Source: Raillietiella orientalis (taxonomy: Eukaryota). From it: a DNA stretch of 64,000 nt. The DNA is taken from assembly GCA_036172245.1 (NCBI GenBank), contig JAYWIR010000012.1, forward strand, positions 2,170,001 through 2,234,000, given 5' to 3'. The notes beneath the pieces were generated by a model. It was not told the origin of the DNA. It saw nothing but the letters and a program-made list of their open reading frames with translations, and did no database searches. The translations under genes and the position numbers were made by a program. Shown here in pieces: positions 24,376-38,666 of this stretch. How positions within the stretch are numbered: position 1 is the stretch's first letter; each line of letters starts with the position of its first letter.

Positions 24376-26098
24376 CTAAGCAGCCCGTTTGCTCCCATTC
24401 CAATCGGAAAGTCGGCCGTGTCCGCTAAAAATCAGGCATCGGGTGGGGACCACCAACTCGTGGGCCTTTTTCTTCAGCAGAGGCCCTTGGGGTTCGGCCA
24501 CAACCGGAGAATCCTAACAAGCAAACCAAAGGGGCACACCTTGCAGAGGATGACCAGCAACCCCCAAATCACCTGGAATGTTTCGATGAACTGCAACAGT
24601 TTGATCGCCAGAAGACGGTTGCTCTGGTTCAACCTATCTAAGCTGCCCCACCGGTTACAGATGCGATGCAACGGAGCGCACTTTTCAACTTACTTTGACG
24701 GAGAGCACAGCGAATGCTTAACTAGAGTAGAGAGTATGAAAGCATTCAGACTCTGGTCAAAGAACGGAATGCCCAAGGAACAGTTCAAAAGCGTCCAGTC
24801 GTCACCGTGCGACCCCGGAAGTTTCAGCAATGTCACGTAGCCGCAACTGTGATGAAGATCAACGCATTTCTGCAGGGCCAATATGGCTGGGTGGCACCGA
24901 AATTCCTGCCAATGAATGACCCGTTCTGAAGATAAGGAAGGCAGGATCAGGGATTCAGGGTGTCGCAGCAGAGTGAACAGACCTTTATCATCGCTGTCTT
25001 CCAATGGGAACGGGAGCATCACAAGATCTTCGGATTCGGATAACCAGCCTGGACCCTACAATGGACCAGTCTCACAGAATGTCAACCATGCATTTGTTTA
25101 TGCACCTGTAGGAGCAATGGGGAGTTTAGAAGCAGATCGTTGATGGTTAGCAGCAGGTTGCTAGAAGGGATCACCACCGAATCATGGTTCCATGTGGTCA
25201 CCAAGTAATTATCAAAGGAGTCCAAGCAGTCTGGAAGCCACTTGACCCGTGTCCCTGTACAGTACACGGACTTCCGGAATACCGTCCCCTTTTTTTCCTC
25301 TTACATCACCTTTCGGAAGAAGCAAAGTAGGGGGTCCGAAACCAGTCAAGACATAAAGAAACAACCTGAACCAGATGGAATTCACTTCTGATATGGGAGG
25401 TCCAAAATGTGGAGGGAGACTACTACCGACTGATCGCACCTCATGGGAGAGCGGTGCCATGGACAGGAGCAGCCTAGAAGTCCTTCATCAAGGAAGCAAC
25501 ATCGTCCAGCAGACCTCACTTGTAGTTTTTATTCAGCAGCCGACTACAAGCAGCCGCATCCAAACTTTGCAGGCTCTCAAACCGAATCAGATCGAGTCCC
25601 AGGTTTGCAGCTTCTCCAAGTGAAGCGTTGTTCCGAAGAAACAGAATCGTATTCCGCAGGCACAGTCCATGAATTAAATAGCGGCACGCCTCTCCCTCCA
25701 CTTCTTGATCGATGCGCTCCAGTTCGAATACCAAACTGTCGAGTGCTTCGTCCGAAAGTTTGCCAACCTCGAACATGGTCACGGCATGCCTTTTGAGACC
25801 CTTTGAAAACCATGAGAGCTCTGTCGGGAGAGAAAAGTTTCCCAGACGTACCGGGCATAGATTTCCCATCATCAGGAAAGCAGTCAGGGTGGAATCAAAC
25901 AACAGAGCGATCCTTTGGGGGGAAGACGCCGAATCGCAGGTTCCCACGACATCATCGCCGGACAGGTGCAATGCGTCGGATATCTCGTCCAACGTGTCGG
26001 AGGTTTTCAAATGGCCCAGTTCACATGAGCTGCGTTCACACTTCCTAGCGAAAGATCACCACGAAACTTCAAGAAATGAGAAAACATCGGTGTCCTTC

Positions 26099-26129
<31 letters not shown>

Positions 26130-29100
26130 TGGGGGGGAGGGGGAAGCAATCATTCCAACATTGACAGTACAGATCGTTCGCGATGCTGTCGGTGGCATTT
26201 TTCCTTACCAAAGGGATGATGATTTGACAGGATAAAAATGCTGCCAGGAAGGATGCACGTCACTCGGCGTATTCGGAGACACATTTTTGAGATAGGCGAA
26301 ACCCAGGCGGCAGTACAGGGAAACAGCGATTTTCACCATGTCCGTATTTACTTCTAGTACTGAGGCAAGCTTACAAAAAACTTTAACGGTAAATCCAGAA
26401 AGAGCATCTTACTTCGCTGACAGACGTGTGCTCATCGATGGACACGAATATTTTGTACAACAGCGTTTCTAAATAGTCACCCATTGTCCTGTTCATTACA
26501 AAGTTTTCTAATGGGGGCACCACTACACGATCGTCTTCACTGATAGGAACATCCAAGTACACCAAACCTTTTCTGAGGCAGTAATGCAGAGGCGCATAAA
26601 CAAGCTGGTACCTGGGGTCGAACTAATAACAAGAACGAGCCCCAAGGAAAACCAACTTAGTCAAAAAATATTTACCTATATAAATTACATAGCAAATCAC
26701 AGGGGAGACTATCGGCTCTGCACGGCCCCCTGTCGATGAGTTCATCGAGAAGGGTCTTCTCTTGAGGCTGAACGAGCTGAAGGAACCTGTGGAGCACAAT
26801 CATCTTTTGTACGAATCAACTTACCCTTACATCCTCGTCAACAACATGACCTAGGTGAACCAGCCACCACGGTTCAATGGTGATGGCTAATGGTTTTTTG
26901 GGAAAAAGCGCTCGGAGCGATTTTTTACGGAACAATTTCAGAGAATTTCTGTATCGGTTCATCATTTCGATGTACTGATTTCGGCCGATTCCCAACAGTC
27001 TGAGACCTCGGAAATACTGGATGAAAGCAAGCCTTCAAAGTAACACTTTGATTGAAAAAAGAACAAACGCATGATTTCGAGTGGCTTTGAAATAAATTGG
27101 GCACGGATTGCGCGCGCTTGGAAAATGGGAATAGTAAACAGAAGATGCAGGGAAACAAACTCCCGCTGAAGGAATGACAGGACACCTCGTGTCAGCGACT
27201 CACACACGGTCTTGAGGTTCACTCCCCTCTCCCCTTACGCATTAGGCCACTTCGAATGAGCTCCGCCCAAAAGAGAAAATCACTATTGAACCGAATGAAC
27301 AAAAAACCGACTGCTGCTCGGCGAAACTGAAGTTTCGTGGCGCTGGCGGGGCTCTCAACGTTGCAAAAACCTCACTGACGAAAAGTAAGCAAGGTATAGC
27401 CAGTTGAGACTTCCTTAAGAACAGTTAAGAACACGAGGATACGGAAGACCCAAACTAATCTTTCGAAGTAGGATCTGTTTCGGTTTCCTGGGCCACGCAC
27501 ACGCGGAATCCCAACGATAAACGCCTTTTTTTGTTTGTTTGCTTTTGACGTGCAGCGCTGAATAGGGAAACCGAAAATTTCCACTTGCGGAATTTCTCGC
27601 TCGCTCTGCCTGCGCTCACACCACAAACGAGGCCTCCTTTCGGCGGAAGAGTGAGGAGCTTGGCGACAGTCTCTGATGACCAAATCCACGCAAACGGAGA
27701 TAACGTGTTCCTGCCAAGACGCGTGCTAGAAGTTTCCCAATTCGGTTACTGGTCACTCGTTGCCCGCCTCGCCGCTTCTTGGGGAACAAATAACAGGAGG
27801 CGAAATAGCTGGGAGGATGACAAGTGCGCAAGTGAAAAAGTTCCGGGATCTAATAGTCCGCACAGGTGCTCTAAAACTACTTTCGTAAACACCAGGTCTT
27901 GGGGAAACCCCACTGCCCAAGACACGGGAAAGAAATGCTTCGAGTTCGGATTGGACTCCGGAGAGCAAACTTCTTCTCAACAGATACCGTGACTCAAGAG
28001 CGAGTTCCTGAAAGCTGGCATCCAGATTTTTGGATCGAAACAGGTCGAGGCAGGGTATAAATCCCAACTATCGCTCCGTCCGATAAATTAAAGAAGCTCG
28101 AATTCAACAAACCTGCCGCGACTGTCACAGCATCAACCCCTCAGCTATCAACATCCGGCATCAGACAGATTTTTGCGGGCTACCACCTTTGGACTTCTTC
28201 ACCCCCCGAGTCACCAAAACAGCATGAGCAAGAAAATTCTCCACTTACGAATTACAGCACGTCACCCTACCAATCATGCAGTACCACATTTAGCGCAATT
28301 CAAATGAGAATGAATCAAATATTTTTGTAATACACTGCCAACGGACTCGAAGACGTCCAGGATCTCAACCTGAACCGGAAACCAGAAATCCCGTTTTTTT
28401 TTTTTTTGCTCATTTCAACTTCCTAGCTGAGGGAGACATTCTCGGAAATTGCTAAACAATATTTTTAAAGACCTTCGAAGACTTCGACTTTTCTTTTCTC
28501 CATCCTACGCAGGAAGCTGGCAGCACTTTCTCGTGAGTTTCAAGCCGGCATGGAAGACGAAGACCCTTCCGCATCTACGTACTTTCCATCTTGCGGGAAA
28601 CTACAGGGTGGACTCTCACCTTTTCTTGCAAAAAAAAAAAAAAAAAAACTCGCCACATCGTTCTCAAATGAGGGCTGTTTGTGAGCCTAAAATTCGCGGC
28701 AGTAATGGAGCATCGGATTTCGGATTGGCCACAGGAGCACGCCATATATTCCGATGGCCAGCTTGCCCCCACCGGAATTCCTCAGCTATCTGAGGAAACA
28801 CCCACCTCCGATCGAAAAACACACCAAAACATTCCCGCGAGACACCAAAGCATTCCTGTAGTAGCCGGACATCAAAGCTATCCAGCTACTTCAGGAATAT
28901 TTCGCAAGCGCTACTGAAAACAGAGCTTCCAAACTCGACGCATCCCAAGGACTTGGGTTTCGACCAGAGACAAACACTGAACAAACAGAGACAAACTGAG
29001 ATGGCGCAAAGAACACAGAACAGGGATGAGACGAGCATGCACGAATTCGTAAGCGAGACCAGAGAGAACTTGAGAACGCCAGAGATACTTACAATCCGCA

Positions 29101-32100
29101 GCAGTGAAATTCGGAAGAGTATCGTAGTTCTTCTCATTTTCCATAATGTTTTCCATCATTTCTACGTAATACTGAAATGGAGTGATCCTCATTCCACTAA
29201 CAACAACATCAGAAAGGTGGTAAGGATACAGCATCAGGTGGTGCTTGCTGTACGATAAGAGGTCTTCGTAATATTGCAATTCATTTTTCCTCACTTGCCG
29301 AACTACAAGAAGAAAAAAAAACAGAAAGAAAGAAAGAAAAACGGCAAACCTCCAAAGAGGTGAGAAGTTCATTCAGCACGCCTTTCATGGCAACCGACGG
29401 CGACCCACGCCAGAAGCAAGAAAACGTCTTCGAAGCAAACTTACAGACTTTTTACGTTATAAGCGGCTACACATTACACATATTTACACTTAACAAGATT
29501 AGATCAACGTCATTACTTTTGAAAGCCATTTACAAAGTTATAAAATTTTTATCAATTAGTATGGCAATTGGAATTATGTTGTCTTCCGATTACTACTTCC
29601 GGATTTCGATTACGGTTCTTCAGTTCCGTCTGGTTTTTAGATGTTCCGAATCGCACGGAAACTGATTTCAAATCTGCATTAATTTTCATCATCACAGGAT
29701 GGACCCTGGTGCACAACCTCAAACAGTTGCCAAGTGCTTACTTGGAATACATCTCAGAAGTAGCGTCCTCCCATCCTTTGCGACAAAGAAAAGATTAGAA
29801 ACAAAACTATCCATGGAAAAAAAAAAAAAAAACACGGAGCTGCCAAACTCGCGAATCAACAGAGATTATCCGCCTGAGAGCTTTCGTTTAGTCTTTGCAA
29901 ACTTCGCAAAATGCACCTGGAAAGAGATCCAAGAAATATCTCACACTTCCAACCTTCAAACGAAGCAATCACGGTCTTATAAAGGCTGCCTCAACTTTTG
30001 CTTACAGGGGATCCGAAAGAGCAAATTCCTGAATTCCTAGATTTGCTCTGCTTCGTGAAATTAAAGAGAACCAAAACACCGAGTTCTCGCTGGAAATGAC
30101 AAGCATTTGAGGAACCCTTCATAAAATACTTCGAAAGCCATTTGCAAATTTGCACTTCGAAATAATAAACGAGAGGATCGTTGACATGAAAAGACACAAC
30201 CAGAACTGGGTTTCGTAAAAGACAAGGAACCAAGGCAAACCAAGAAAGAGATTCTAAGACTGACAGGTTCGGAAGTATGGTGCAATGTTCATGGCACCCA
30301 TTATTTTTTCAAATAACGAAATACTAAATATGTTAAAACCGTTTTCCGCAAAAATGAAAACACAACTACAATGTAATTCCAGCTGGAAAAGTTGATGTAA
30401 AAGTCCGTCCTCAGATGAAATGCTTTATTTCCACTTCTGTATTTACAATCCGATTGATTTTGTCAAACGCCCAATCAATCATCGACTAAAATGTTATTAT
30501 TTCTTACAGAATGAATTCTTCTTTCGGAATTGTTTCGTGCACTTCACGAATCCTGCTGGTACTTAGGATGTACTGTTAAAAGGTTAAAATTTATTTGGCT
30601 TAAGATTAACATACAGGAAAAAAATATTAGCGCATATGTTAATGTTGAGATGTTCATGGATAGAATGGATGTTCTATCCATGAAAATTGGGAAACTAAGA
30701 CTAAGAATTGACTCCAAGTTTTCAATCGCTCTTTTATGTATTTTGCAGACAAACTGAAAACGGAACATGCTGTCTCTGGAAACCAGTATGTTAATAAGTT
30801 TCATTTTGTCTTCTTTTTCCTGGTACTCCTCAGTAGTCAACATTTCTCTCTATAAAATCTACAAATCTCATATATGCTGTTTTGCTATGCTGCACTTGTT
30901 AAAATAGCAGCCCTACTTTGGATTACTTTGAAAGTAATTTCAATAATTTATGTTAAAAACGAAGTATTACAATGAGATCAATAACTCTGATTACGGACTT
31001 TTATATATGACCTTAATTATCAATCAGTTTTCAGGACATATGCTCATTTTTCCTTCACTTTCATTTGCATAGTCAATAAAGCTTACATTTACATCATCTC
31101 TACGCACTGAATACAACTTTAATACGATGAAAAAATTGCTAAGATCGACAACTTACCAAGATTACCCTTGAATCTTAACTGATTAGCTATGCTGTAAACA
31201 ATGATATGTTTTTCATATGCTTTTGAAGAGTTTCCATGGAGCTAAAATACAGACTAAATAGAGAAACGAAAACATACAGCTAATTTAATAAAATCAGCTA
31301 CAGATGCTATACAAATACAGCATTTCACATCAGATATTGATTTAAGTACGTTTGTCAACTGAACTTTTTAGAAAATTGAATAAATTAAATTCGATGATGA
31401 ATTGAGTTTCCAATAAAAGAATTCTTCCTTTCAAAACTTCAAAGAAGCAAAAATTAAACTTCATCTTTGATTGAACAAAAAAATATTTAAGCATGTATTC
31501 AATACATACAACAAACTTGATTTTCACTTCAACAATTAGTGAATTAGAAATCTCTAACTAAAAATGGAGGGGTACATGATGGCTCATTAAAGGAGTACAT
31601 GTTAAGATCAGTAACTCATGCCTTAATTTACACTGTAACCAGGAACCAAAAATTCTTCTAATTCTCAAAATATCTGAGTAAATTTTTTAAATACTCTTAA
31701 TGTTGTTTATTATCATTTCTTCAGCTAGAATGGAAACTTTCTTCCCAGGCAAATCGTTTCCTGATGCAACCTTCTCCAATTATTCTTCCTATTTTGAGTC
31801 ATCTTAACTTGGAAGTTAAGACATATTCTTATTTTTTCACATTCATTTACACACAATACAAAGAATTCATTCCATACTAGTGATCTGCAAGATATGGAAT
31901 CACATATTTGAAATTATAAAGGATTCAATCTATGATACTTTGAATGAAATTGAAGAAAGTTATAGAATCTTACAACAATAAGATTCTTCAAATAATCCTT
32001 ACTGAAAGAATACTGAAATACAGGAGCATACACAAAATCATGTCTCAAGATAAGTTCAAGCAAATATAATGAGAATAAAAACTCGATGTGCCTTCCTTTT

Positions 32101-35100
32101 ATAATCCTACAAATATTTATATATTGGTTATTGCATGCAACATATCTACATGTTGATGAATTGGTTAAGCTAGTTGCCTATTTGATAATTACAAAATCAA
32201 AGACATGAGCAGAATTGTCAACAAAATCTCAAATATTGGATGAAAGAAAAAAAAAAAAAAAAAAGCCTTATAAAACCACAAACTTATAAGAACACAGAAA
32301 AATACAGGAAATCACAATGCTACTATTTGCCCAGGTTTTATATACAAACTATTCTTAAAAAAAAAAAAAATGCACAACTGCAATGATCAAGAGAAAAAAA
32401 AGGGCAAAATTATATGAAATAATAGTAATTACACGGGAAAGACAAAAAGAACGCTTAAAAACAGCAATTTGTTTCTTTTTAAATAGATTCCTTTATAAGG
32501 CACAGGAAACCTCTGTTATATTTTCGAATGAATTCTCTATCGAAAATAACAAGAGTTTTCTCAAGGAAAAATTAACCAAAATTTGCAGTCCACAAAACCT
32601 GAAATAATGACTAGGACAAATAAATACTTCATAAAATGAAATTCAAACTACAACTCACATGATAAAAAGTGTAAAGCAGTTCTGAATCCAAGAGTCCAAA
32701 AAATACTAAATCCAACAAATCGAAAACAAATGAACATCACCTAAAGCATTACAAACTACCAAGAATCAATAATTAATGACAAGTTAAACATTAGGAGGAT
32801 TAAGATAGTTGTTTTCAGCACTTGCTGTTATCAATATAAAATGCATTAACAAGTAAACTTCAAATGGGAGACTCCAAGTACAACAAATGAAAACTATGTT
32901 AAGATGAGACAAAACAGCGGAACATTATTCAATGATTTCTGCATAAGCAAAAGTACTTTGAGTTAGATGGTAAGTCAATAATTACTAAAAAGGAAAAATG
33001 GGATTACAATAAGCAAAGTAAAACATCTCGGATGAAGCATGTTTTCTAATCAGGCAAGCTGCAATGATCAAAAAAGCAAAAAAAAAAAAAATACTTTTAA
33101 AAGAGAAATAACCTAAATAAGATACATTTATCTACTAATCAGTATAATCCATTTTGGTTGTTACTTTATCAGAATGCAATAATCAATCTCACTTTTTACA
33201 TGCAGCTGTACTGCAGTCACCTGCTTGGACAACTTCATGAAAGTCACTAAGACATCCAACACCCAGGACACTGCCATAAGTCGAACCGATCATCATCTTT
33301 GGTATGTTGTATTCCAGTGCTCAACTGCCCTGATCTATGCAGATCATATACTTTTTCCAATAATTGACTACTGCAGTTAGGTGTCTCAATATTTAAAGTG
33401 GAGCTTTCATCAGGCTCCAGATATTATAATTTCCTTTTCCTTATTTTCATCTCTTTTCTCAATCTTAACAGGTCGTGAAAACAGGCAGCCTGACAGCAAG
33501 GCTACAAATGACTCAATCATGTTGAAAATTTTCTCTACTCCAGTAACTTCAGTCACCCTTCTTTTTAAGCAATGCCTGAAGAAGCCTCTGATAAATCGCC
33601 ATCTATCCCTCTGTACTCATGACAAGATAGTACTTGGCATCTACATATGCTGCAACCAATTTGTAGACAAAATAACTGTGATGTTTCAACCTTGCACTAT
33701 TCAAGAACTTATGGAAAAGGGCATATTCCTATGTTTTGTTCTATTGTGGATTTACACATCCACACAACTTTCTCCTGAAGAGCAGATTACAAAGTCTAAA
33801 TACTTGATTGTTTGCAGCTGTGCACTTTCCCTGACTTCATTGCATTGATCTGGTGTGAAACCAGCAGGTTAACCATCAAAAAAGTCTTGACTGAAAAATG
33901 CTAAGCTCTTATTGCTGTTGTAAGGGTATCATTCAACACTTGATCTGACAGTGAGCTGGTAGCTTTTTAAGCCAGCCTTCACGCATTCGAGGGCAACTCT
34001 CTGCATCTAGGTCAGTATTATCACTTGACCTTAGACTAGAGCAATCACTACTAAACACACTTAGCCACATGAAGTTGATCCAGCTACTCTGTGCTCCAGT
34101 CAAACCCATACACATATCTCTCTCATATTCTTCACAGTTGAATAACATTCAAGATGGACCACTTGGCAAATAGTTACCTCCTCTTCTCAAAGTGTACCTT
34201 AAAGTAAGTAGAACTCTACTATCTTGATCTTCAGTTTCAACAAGTCTCATGACAAAGCAGAGTATGATTCCCATTTGAATCAGTCTCCTGGCAGCAAGGG
34301 AATTCCCATGACACAAAGACTCTTCAACTATTTAGAGTTCAACAGTAGGGTCCTGAAGGTCCTATGGATTTTGAGGTTCCATATCCTTGTAAAACTCCCT
34401 TTACTCTTCTTCATTCTAACCCCTAAAGTATGCATGAACCAGCACTCCATACCATCAATAGGATGTAAGATTAAATCTTGAATCCATGGCACAGCTGCCT
34501 GAGAGGAAAAGGGGTTTTCTAAATGCCTGTTAAATGATTCCATCTTGAGGTCCAATTCAAACCCATCCGATTTCTATGGACTCTTGATTTCAGTGATCCA
34601 TTTGGAATGTACCGTGAGACCCCATTCAGATGCTGTATTGTGATCAATGACACTTCTGGACACTGTAATTTAGACGTCTTGGGATTCAGTAGGATACCTG
34701 CTTATCTTTAATAAACGTTAAACATGGTATACAATGGGAAACGCTTTGTAATTTCCGTTTTATATTTATGGCTTGTTGCCTGTCTTCTGTTAATGGGAGC
34801 ATTTCTCTTTCTCAAGATGAATGTTCTGGGTTTCAAGCATTTATTATCATTATGATCGCAAATTAAAAACTTGTTTTAATACTGCAACGTGCTCTCTGAA
34901 GAGCATGTCAAACCTTACACATATCCAATGGTGTAACATTGCCAGCTCATTACCAACTCTTATTCCCCAGACTGTGGCTTTGGTTTGGTTTGGTCAGTAA
35001 TGTATACCATGGTGCACAATCCATGGTAGTACACTCAGTGAAGAACGTGAAACACACATCCACGTATGCGCCTGTTACTAAGGACTAATGAGGACTGTGA

Positions 35101-35347
35101 AAGACACAGGTGCTATTAAAGTAAGCAGGGAAACGAGTTACTCATCACATCTTGGTTGTGAAATGTTACTACATACGTATCCACGAATAACATCTTAAAC
35201 AATACTACCATGAAATAAAAAGTGTTTACATTATATTCATAACTAGGTAAAACAATTACTTATGATATCAATTACCTCTTTTATATGAGATGGCAAAGAA
35301 GACCAAATGAAATTATTTCTAACATAGTAATCTACTTCCTCATGCAT
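24376..35347 (-). CDS. FAM91A1: Protein FAM91A1 (WDR11-complex, endosome-to-Golgi trafficking factor), 15 exons, 756 aa
   Basis: Exons: 35347-35276, 31241-31157, 29302-29093, 27006-26825, 26776-26676, 26572-26413, 26369-26209, 26044-25852, 25800-25520, 25473-25310, 25254-25106, 25055-24983, 24925-24694, 24642-24573, 24513-24376. All introns are GT-AG, phases are consistent, and the CDS is 2271 nt. The translation matches FAM91A1 hallmarks: [115 protein letters not shown]...SDWNG. Confidence 0.96.
32900..33400 (+). mobile_element. Very old LINE (CR1/L2/Jockey-like) RT C-terminal remnant in FAM91A1 intron 1
   Basis: [17 protein letters not shown] (~33330-33385) resembles the LINE Y..L..PxLDYCSxVW motif. 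Confidence 0.3.
34378..35250 (+). repeat. Direct duplication, copy 1 (in FAM91A1 intron 1, next to exon 1)
   Basis: 34514-35130 is identical by eye to 37893-38509 (offset 3379). Flanks are homologous but diverged. Confidence 0.95.
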
Positions 35348-37771
35348 TGTTTCAGACAAGTCCTCTTTGCTTACGAACTCCTCTGGTATTTATATTTTTA
35401 AAAGAAAATATATTTATACATTCCTTATTAAGTGATAAAATATTCTGTTTTACATAACGTAACACCTAGAAAAATACGAAACCAAAATTTAGGCATTACC
35501 AAGTTCGTTCCATTCAAACGGCGGCTTGCATTCGCTTTCGTCATTACTCTTCAAAACCAAATTAATGCAAAAAATCACTTCATCTCGGATGCTTGTTCAC
35601 CTTCTTTTAATTAATTATCACAGATTTTGGTTACGGATGGTGGAAACTGGAGAATCACTGGCATTACCATTCACGAGAATTTACGTATTGTTTGTCAATC
35701 ATCGTTCGGGAATGCTGTGTTTCCTTTTGTTTTTGTTTCCTAAAGGAAAGAATCGGATGAAGTTCTCTATATTCATATGTCTATCTATCTATGTGTGTGT
35801 GTGTGAGTAATTTTCTATCAGTAACAATAAGTGCATATCTGGGTTGATTGGACCTACTATTTCACGTAGATAGTATTCCAGCCTTTCATTCCCACAGCAA
35901 TCGTTCGACGACCTCATTCCAAACGATCGTTTTTTGTTTTTTTTCTCCATTTTTCCGTGGACTTGAACAATTTCAAGCAAAAGAAATATATCTCTCAGTC
36001 TCTTTTTCATGAATCACCTTTTTAGCAGCAAAATTTAGTTCCCGACTAAGCAAATTCGTCAATGCAAGCTTTGCTGGTCGATTTTGTTGGAAGCAATCCT
36101 TTTCAGCTTTCGTCTAGCAGATCAATTTTTGTTATTTTCTCTTTTCCTTTTTCTTTGTCTTTTTTTTTACTAATTGATGTGCATGTCAAGTGTGTTCTCT
36201 GGTTGCTTTTTTTTATTGAGTAGGCTGAAGCAAACGTGAAGTGCAGTTGCAACCCAGGCACCACGAGATGTTGTCATTTCTAGTATTTTCAAAAATTCGA
36301 GAAATGTTATGAAATAGAAAGAAAGGAAAGTTAGGGAAGATATTTTGTGCAAATGGCAACGATTAGGCAAGGATCCTCACTGTGAAAGTTTATTGTTTTT
36401 TATAGAGGTGCCCCCTCCCTCTTTTTTTTTTCAGTTCGTTCCGTCGAAAAAACGGAAACAAAATTTATTAATCCAATGTCCTGGATGTTTATATATTGTG
36501 CAGTCACAATTATTTTCACAGCATGCTCTTTAGGAATATATGCCATCAAAATATTGAAACATATGTGAATGCTGAATATCGTTATTCTCATCTTTCTCTG
36601 AAAGCACTTTTCGATTTTGGTGAGAACAAATACTCGCTATATTTTATTTTATTTTTTTTCAAAAACCACCAGTCCCTTAGCAACTTGATGGCAGTATTGA
36701 AAATGAGAATAAGAACGAGAGTTATCAGTTTCTTCTTAATTCCATGAAATCATTTCAAGTGGCTGTTCCTGAAAATTAACAGTAGAATCAAATATATCCT
36801 AAGCAACTATTTTAAGTAAGGAATAAGTCGCTATACCTTCCCCGAAATTCGAATAGTTTTCTATCTTCATTCCCTCAGAGACAAAACTGGCGCATTAAAA
36901 CCTACAATTTTTTTCTATATCATCAGATGATGATTCACCTTTTAGTTCAAATCGCAGAATTTTGCGATCTCGAGGAAAGAATTCTAAAGATACACTGCAC
37001 GCTTTTTTATTTCAGCAAATTCAATGCTTTCGGAGAACGAAAGCATCTAATTTCTACTTTATTGTTCTTTATTAATTCGTGATCTAATATTTTGCTACTG
37101 CTTATGATGACCTTCTTCAATCATATCTTTTGAAAGTGGATATGTGATTATTTTTTTCTCAGACCACAAAAGTTCGTTTCTGCTAATGCTGATTCATTGG
37201 AATGTGTTCTGCGGAATTTGTTAGGCTTTTGCAATTTAGTTTGGAACTTTCAGCAACAGAATGTTCATAACAGCATTTTCTTTAACTAAAGCTATTCGTT
37301 ATTCGCAGATGAGGAAATTATAAGCAATCTGATTTCCTCTTGCTGAACTTGAGCCACACTTGGGCATCGCTGTTTTTGATCGCTGATCTTTTTCAAAAGA
37401 ACAATGAGAACGAAGACTAAAGCAACGGTTGTTCCGGTCTTTTCGTCGAAACAACCCCTGTCGTAACATAGCCATTTTTTTTTATCATTTCCCTCTTTTG
37501 TGTTCCTACCACATGAAACTTAAATGGGGATCAGGCACGTTTTTGGAATCATCTGATTCTCCCCAGACTTCCCTCCGGGAGATGGCATTCACAGAAAATG
37601 ACTCGTGGTTTTTCATTAGGTCACAGTCTTTCCTTTGTATGCAGTTCGAATTTTGACCAATATTCTGCTTAAGCTCATCCTTTACGATCACCAAAACAGA
37701 AGCAGCAGTGGTGTCCACGGCTGCATATAGATATGCAGTGGAACTTTTCCTAAACTCGTCACACCTTCAGA

Positions 37772-38666
37772 GTCCATATCCTTAAAAGAAAAATCCCTTT
37801 ACTCTACAGTAAGCAAGAAACGGCGCTCCATACCATCAATCATAGGATTAAATCTTGAATCCACGGCACGGTCGCCTGAGAGGAAAAGGGGAGTTTTCTA
37901 AATGCCTGTTAAATGATTCCATCTTGAGGTCCAATTCAAACCCATCCGATTTCTATGGACTCTTGATTTCAGTGATCCATTTGGAATGTACCGTGAGACC
38001 CCATTCAGATGCTGTATTGTGATCAATGACACTTCTGGACACTGTAATTTAGACGTCTTGGGATTCAGTAGGATACCTGCTTATCTTTAATAAACGTTAA
38101 ACATGGTATACAATGGGAAACGCTTTGTAATTTCCGTTTTATATTTATGGCTTGTTGCCTGTCTTCTGTTAATGGGAGCATTTCTCTTTCTCAAGATGAA
38201 TGTTCTGGGTTTCAAGCATTTATTATCATTATGATCGCAAATTAAAAACTTGTTTTAATACTGCAACGTGCTCTCTGAAGAGCATGTCAAACCTTACACA
38301 TATCCAATGGTGTAACATTGCCAGCTCATTACCAACTCTTATTCCCCAGACTGTGGCTTTGGTTTGGTTTGGTCAGTAATGTATACCATGGTGCACAATC
38401 CATGGTAGTACACTCAGTGAAGAACGTGAAACACACATCCACGTATGCGCCTGTTACTAAGGACTAATGAGGACTGTGAAAGACACAGGTGCTATTAAAG
38501 TAAGCAGGGCAATGAGGTCGGGTTACTCATCACATCTTGGTTCTGAAATGTTACGTATCCATGAATAACATCTCAAAAAGTACTACCAGGAAATATTTAT
38601 AACTGTGTATTTATAACTAGGTACGATACGTGCTCATGTTAGGTAAGGATTTATCCTTAAACATAG
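37772..38666 (+). repeat. Direct duplication, copy 2 (upstream of FAM91A1), bounded by a 28-bp direct repeat
   Basis: Same sequence as copy 1. Flanked by cttttcctaaactcgtcacaccttcaga (37744-37771) and cttttcttaaactcatcgcaccttcaga (38667-38694), 25/28 identical. Confidence 0.93.

Noticed and set aside
29616..29698. Intronic C/D-box snoRNA candidate on the minus strand (GTGATGA ... CTGA, ~75 nt apart)
   Set aside because: The terminal stem is weak and I recognise no rRNA-complementary guide. Such box pairs occur by chance in AT-rich introns, and snoscan would be needed.
33500..34200. Possible piggyBac or other transposase remnant in FAM91A1 intron 1
   Set aside because: Only a few residues (GICPF, VDAKYY) in different frames. 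No TIRs or catalytic motif are supportable.
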